Assembly (NCBI GenBank): GCA_038153405.1
Contig: JAYOYH010000010.1
Coordinates: 22,751 to 86,750 of the forward strand
DNA from: Gemmatimonadota bacterium
GTDB taxonomy: Bacteria; Latescibacterota; UBA2968; UBA8231
Direction of reading: 5' to 3'
Length of the DNA stretch: 64,000 nt
The notes beneath the pieces are model-generated. The model did not search any database and was not told where the DNA came from. It worked only from the letters and a program-made list of their open reading frames with translations. Position numbers and translations under genes: made by a program. This document shows positions 60,721 through 64,000 of the stretch, piece after piece; the first letter of the stretch is position 1, and the number at the start of each line of letters is the position of its first letter.

Positions 60721-60750
60721 AAAGAAAACCCCGGAGGATTCCGGGGTTTT
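60721..60750 (-). terminator. Intrinsic terminator after argH (also readable on the plus strand)
   Basis: AAAA-CCCCGGA-GGAT-TCCGGGG-TTTTG. On the minus strand the hairpin is followed by TTTTCTTTTG. It separates argH from the enolase-pair transcription unit. Confidence 0.7.
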
Positions 60751-60775
60751 GCTCCGCATTAACTCGGGCTTATCG

Positions 60776-62167
60776 CTACGTCCCCAGCAGCGCGCGCGCC
60801 TTGGCCAGCTGCACGCGCACGGCATCTGGACCAGTTCCCCCTTCGATATTGCGCAGCGCCAACGAGGCGCGCACGTCGAGCAGGGCTAGGGCTTCGACAC
60901 CAAAGTGCGGACTGGCCGCCTGCAGATCTTCTAAAGACAGTTGCGTCAGCGCCTTACCGGCACTCAGCGCCGAGCGCACGAGCGCGCCGATCACGCGATG
61001 GGCCTCGCGAAAGGGCATGCCTTGGCGCACGAGATAATCCGCCAGATCAGTAGCCAGCGCACCGGCATCGACCATGTGCTCCATGCGGTCCGCATTGAGC
61101 GACATGCTCGCCCAAGCGCCACCGAAGACCTCGAGGCACAGCGCCGCTGTATCCAGCGCATCAAAGAGCGGCTCCTTATCCTCCTGCATATCCTTGGAGT
61201 AGGTCAGTGGCGCGCCCTTCATGGTCGTCAATAGCGCCATCAGGTCGCCATAGACGCGCCCCGTCTTGCCGCGAATCAGCTCCAGCGAATCGGGGTTTTT
61301 CTTCTGCGGCATCATGCTCGAACCGGTTGAAAAGGCATCCGATAGCTCGACAAAGGCAAACTCGGCCGACGACCAAACGATCAGATCTTCGCAGAACCGG
61401 CTCAGATGCATCATGAGAATGGCCAGCGCCGACAGCGTTTCGAGAATAAAATCGCGATCGCTCACCGCATCGAGGCTGTTGGGCGTCACGGCGGAAAAGC
61501 CCAACTCTCGACGCAAAAACTCGCGGTCTATGGGAAAGGTGCTGCCGGCCAGCGCCCCCGAACCCAATGGCATATAATCCGCCCGCTTCCACGCATCGGC
61601 CAGGCGTCCGCCGTCGCGCTCGAGCATCCAAAACAGCGATAGCGCGTAGTGGGCAAAGAGGATGGGCTGTGCCTGCTGTAGATGGGTATAGCCCGGCAAA
61701 ACGGCGTCGAAGTGGCGTTCAGCCGAATCGAGCAACGCGTGCTGCAGAGCGACAATGCGCGCGCGCAGTGCCTCTATTTCGCTGCGCAGATAGAGGCGCT
61801 CGTCTAGGTTGACCTGATCGTTGCGACTGCGCCCGGTGTGTATTTTGCCGCCGCTGGGGCCGACGATTTCCGTCAGGCGACGCTCGACGGCCATGTGGAT
61901 ATCTTCCAGCGCATCGGGCAGCGGATAGTCGGGCTGGGCAAATTCGCGCCCGACCTGTTCGAGCGCCTCGACGATTTGTCGGCACTCGTCTTCATCGAGC
62001 ACGCCGATGCGCTGCAATCCGCGCGCATAGGCCATATTGCCCTCTATATCGGCGCGCAGCAGTCGACGATCAAAGCCAATGGACGCATTGAAGCGCTCCA
62101 TAAGCGCGTCGTTGCCGTCGGCAAAGCGACCGCCCCAAGGCTTGTCGACGTTTTCGCCCCCCATCAA
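60776..62167 (-). CDS. argH: Argininosuccinate lyase
   Basis: The N-terminus WGGRFADGNDALMERFNASIGFDRRL matches. The fumarase/aspartase signature GSSMMPQKKNPD is present. The gene encodes 463 aa. Confidence 0.9.
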   Translation of the reverse strand: MMGGENVDKPWGGRFADGNDALMERFNASIGFDRRLLRADIEGNMAYARGLQRIGVLDEDECRQIVEALEQVGREFAQPDYPLPDALEDIHMAVERRLTEIVGPSGGKIHTGRSRNDQVNLDERLYLRSEIEALRARIVALQHALLDSAERHFDAVLPGYTHLQQAQPILFAHYALSLFWMLERDGGRLADAWKRADYMPLGSGALAGSTFPIDREFLRRELGFSAVTPNSLDAVSDRDFILETLSALAILMMHLSRFCEDLIVWSSAEFAFVELSDAFSTGSSMMPQKKNPDSLELIRGKTGRVYGDLMALLTTMKGAPLTYSKDMQEDKEPLFDALDTAALCLEVFGGAWASMSLNADRMEHMVDAGALATDLADYLVRQGMPFREAHRVIGALVRSALSAGKALTQLSLEDLQAASPHFGVEALALLDVRASLALRNIEGGTGPDAVRVQLAKARALLGT

Positions 62168-63360
62168 TTGGCCTGGCGCAGGATCTCGTCAAATACGTCG
62201 ACTACTTCGTCGATGCGGTCCTTTTCCACCACTAGCGGCGGCAGGAAGCGCACGACGTTGGCGCCGGCCGTAGCCACCAGTATATCGCGCTCGCGAAACG
62301 GAACGAGGAAGTCGGCGGCCGGTTTTTCGGTTACGGCGCCGACGATCAGCCCGCGCCCGCGCACGCCCTTTACCTGATCGGGAAAGCGCTCCTGCAGTTT
62401 TTGCAAGCGCCCTGCCAGATACTGACCCTTCTCTTTTACCGTCTCGACAAAGCCTCCGTCGAGCAACTTATTAAACACCACAACCGCGGCGGCACAGGCC
62501 ACGGGATTGGCGCCAAAGGTCGCGGCGTGGTCACCTGCGGCAATGGCGTCGGCAACCTTCTGCCGCATCAGCGCTACGCCGATGGGCAGCCCGCCGCCCA
62601 GCGCCTTGGCCAGCGTCATAATGTCCGGCTCTACGCCGTATTGCTGGTGCGCCCACAGCGAACCGGTGCGCCCGCAGCCAACCTGGATTTCGTCAAAGAC
62701 CAGCAACATATCGCGCTCGTCGCACAGCGCCCGCAGCCCCTGCAAAAACTCTGGGGTCGCCACGTGAATACCGCCCTCGGCCTGTATGGGTTCGACGAGA
62801 ATGGCGCACGTCTCGTCACTGACCAGTTTCTCCACGGAAGCCAAATCGTTGAAATCGGCAAAGTCGATGCCCGGCAGGAGCGGCTCGAACCCCTTGTGGT
62901 ACTTTGGCTGACCCGTCGTAGAAATCGAACCGTAGGTGCGACCGTGAAAGGAGTTGTTGAAGGCGATCAGGCGGTTCTTGGGCTTGGCGTGCGTCGTATT
63001 GCCCCATTTGCGACAGAACTTCATCGCCGCTTCCCACGATTCCGTGCCGCTGTTGCAGAAAAATACTCGGTCGGCAAACGAGTTTTCCACCAGCAGTTTG
63101 GCCAACTCTACCGAGGGGATGGTGTGGTATAGGTTGGATACGTGCATCAATTTGCCGACTTGTTCCTCTATGGCCTTGGCTACTTCGTAATCGCCATACC
63201 CCAGCGCATTGACAGCAAGTCCGCTGACGAAGTCGAGATAGCGATTGCCATCCGTATCGAATAGATAGACCCCGTTGCCCCGCTCCAAGACAAATTCCGG
63301 ACGACCATAGGTCTGTAAAATGTAATTCTTCTCTGCCTTTATAATGTCTTCGGTGCGCAT
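62164..63360 (-). CDS. argD: Acetylornithine (or succinylornithine) aminotransferase, class III PLP-dependent
   Basis: The sequences YLDFVSGLAVNALGY, the PLP-lysine region FDEIQVGCGRTG and TLAKALGGG are present. It overlaps argH by 4 nt. Confidence 0.85.
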   Translation of the reverse strand: MRTEDIIKAEKNYILQTYGRPEFVLERGNGVYLFDTDGNRYLDFVSGLAVNALGYGDYEVAKAIEEQVGKLMHVSNLYHTIPSVELAKLLVENSFADRVFFCNSGTESWEAAMKFCRKWGNTTHAKPKNRLIAFNNSFHGRTYGSISTTGQPKYHKGFEPLLPGIDFADFNDLASVEKLVSDETCAILVEPIQAEGGIHVATPEFLQGLRALCDERDMLLVFDEIQVGCGRTGSLWAHQQYGVEPDIMTLAKALGGGLPIGVALMRQKVADAIAAGDHAATFGANPVACAAAVVVFNKLLDGGFVETVKEKGQYLAGRLQKLQERFPDQVKGVRGRGLIVGAVTEKPAADFLVPFRERDILVATAGANVVRFLPPLVVEKDRIDEVVDVFDEILRQAN

Positions 63361-63372
63361 AATAGTCTCCGT

Positions 63373-64000
63373 TTACTGGACGATCTCCGTGCCAATGCCC
63401 TCGCGCGTAAATATCTCGAGTAGCATAGAGTGAGGGATGCGCCCGTCGATAACATGCGTCTTGCGCACCCCAGATTTAACCGCCTTAACACACGCCTCTA
63501 TCTTCGGTATCATACCTCCGCTGACGATCCCGTCGCCGATCAGGGACTCCACATCGCCGACGCGCACCGTTGACAGCAGCGTCGTCGGATCTTTTGCATC
63601 GCGTAAGATGCCAGTCACATCCGTGAGAAATACGAGCTTTTCGGCGTGCAGCGCCGCGGCGATTTCCCCGGCTGCCGTATCGGCATTCACATTGTAACTC
63701 TGCCCGTCCGGTCCGCGACCGATGGGGGCAATAACGGGTATAATGCCCTCCCGCACCAGATCCAATAGCGGCGCTGTATCGACGCGCTCGACGTCGCCGA
63801 CAAAGCCGATATCGACTTCGCCGTCGGCCGTTTTGACCAGGTGTTTGCGCACGTGTAAAATGCCCGCATCTTTGGCCGAAATGCCAATCGCACGGCCACC
63901 AACGCCCTCGATATCGCGCACCATTTCGGCGTTTATCTCGCCAAAGAGAACGTCTTCAACGACTTTCATTGTCTCGCTATCGGTCACGCGCAGACCGTTG
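63373..64000 (-). CDS. argB: Acetylglutamate kinase, C-terminal part only; the gene continues past the window end
   Basis: The amino-acid-kinase fold motifs VNADTAAGEIAAAL...KLVFLTDVTGIL...GGMIPKIEA are present. The ORF is open to the window edge. Confidence 0.8.
   Translation of the reverse strand, partial: NGLRVTDSETMKVVEDVLFGEINAEMVRDIEGVGGRAIGISAKDAGILHVRKHLVKTADGEVDIGFVGDVERVDTAPLLDLVREGIIPVIAPIGRGPDGQSYNVNADTAAGEIAAALHAEKLVFLTDVTGILRDAKDPTTLLSTVRVGDVESLIGDGIVSGGMIPKIEACVKAVKSGVRKTHVIDGRIPHSMLLEIFTREGIGTEIVQ

Overview
This 64 kb window is GC-rich, roughly two-thirds G+C by eye, and densely coding. About 45 protein genes have clear codon bias, and there are many lipoprotein and signal-peptide N-termini. 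Two large secreted proteins carry the FTPNGDG(I/V)ND...Y C-terminal sorting domain of the Bacteroidota type IX secretion system (T9SS). Together with the high G+C this points to a Bacteroidota-like organism, possibly Rhodothermota or Salinibacter-like; that assignment is a guess. I found no rRNA, tRNA, CRISPR array, integrase, transposase or prophage signature; this looks like chromosomal backbone interleaved with envelope and secretion accessory clusters.

Recognisable housekeeping genes:
- ilvB-ilvN (acetolactate synthase)
- ppdK (pyruvate phosphate dikinase)
- parA-parB
- ligA
- ctaB
- galU
- a partial arg operon (argB-argD-argH)
- a TonB-dependent receptor
- pirin, a HAD hydrolase, and an acyl-CoA synthetase

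Accessory content worth a second look:
1. A co-directional operon of two giant T9SS cargo proteins, a 917-aa outer-membrane protein, a small lipoprotein and a SurA-like parvulin PPIase.
2. A GT39 (ArnT/PMT-like) membrane glycosyltransferase followed by two small secreted or lipoproteins, inside a roughly 9 kb same-strand envelope operon headed by galU, larA and plsC-like genes.
3. A 983-aa FapA/DUF342-like beta-helix protein with duplicated N-domains, coupled to an outer-membrane protein with thrombospondin-type-3 repeats.
4. Three enolase-superfamily genes of the muconate-lactonizing-enzyme (MLE) subgroup. One sits with tandem M19 dipeptidases. A tandem pair of about 480-aa paralogs sits with an M20 peptidase next to the arg operon but behind its terminator.
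5. LarA and LarB homologs located apart, with LarB coupled to a MobA-like gene.
6. Several well-formed intrinsic terminators, sigma70-like promoters and a perfect 11-bp-arm palindrome that may be an operator.
7. A C9 homopolymer and other C/G runs inside one enolase CDS that read like a slipped-strand tract or a sequencing artefact.
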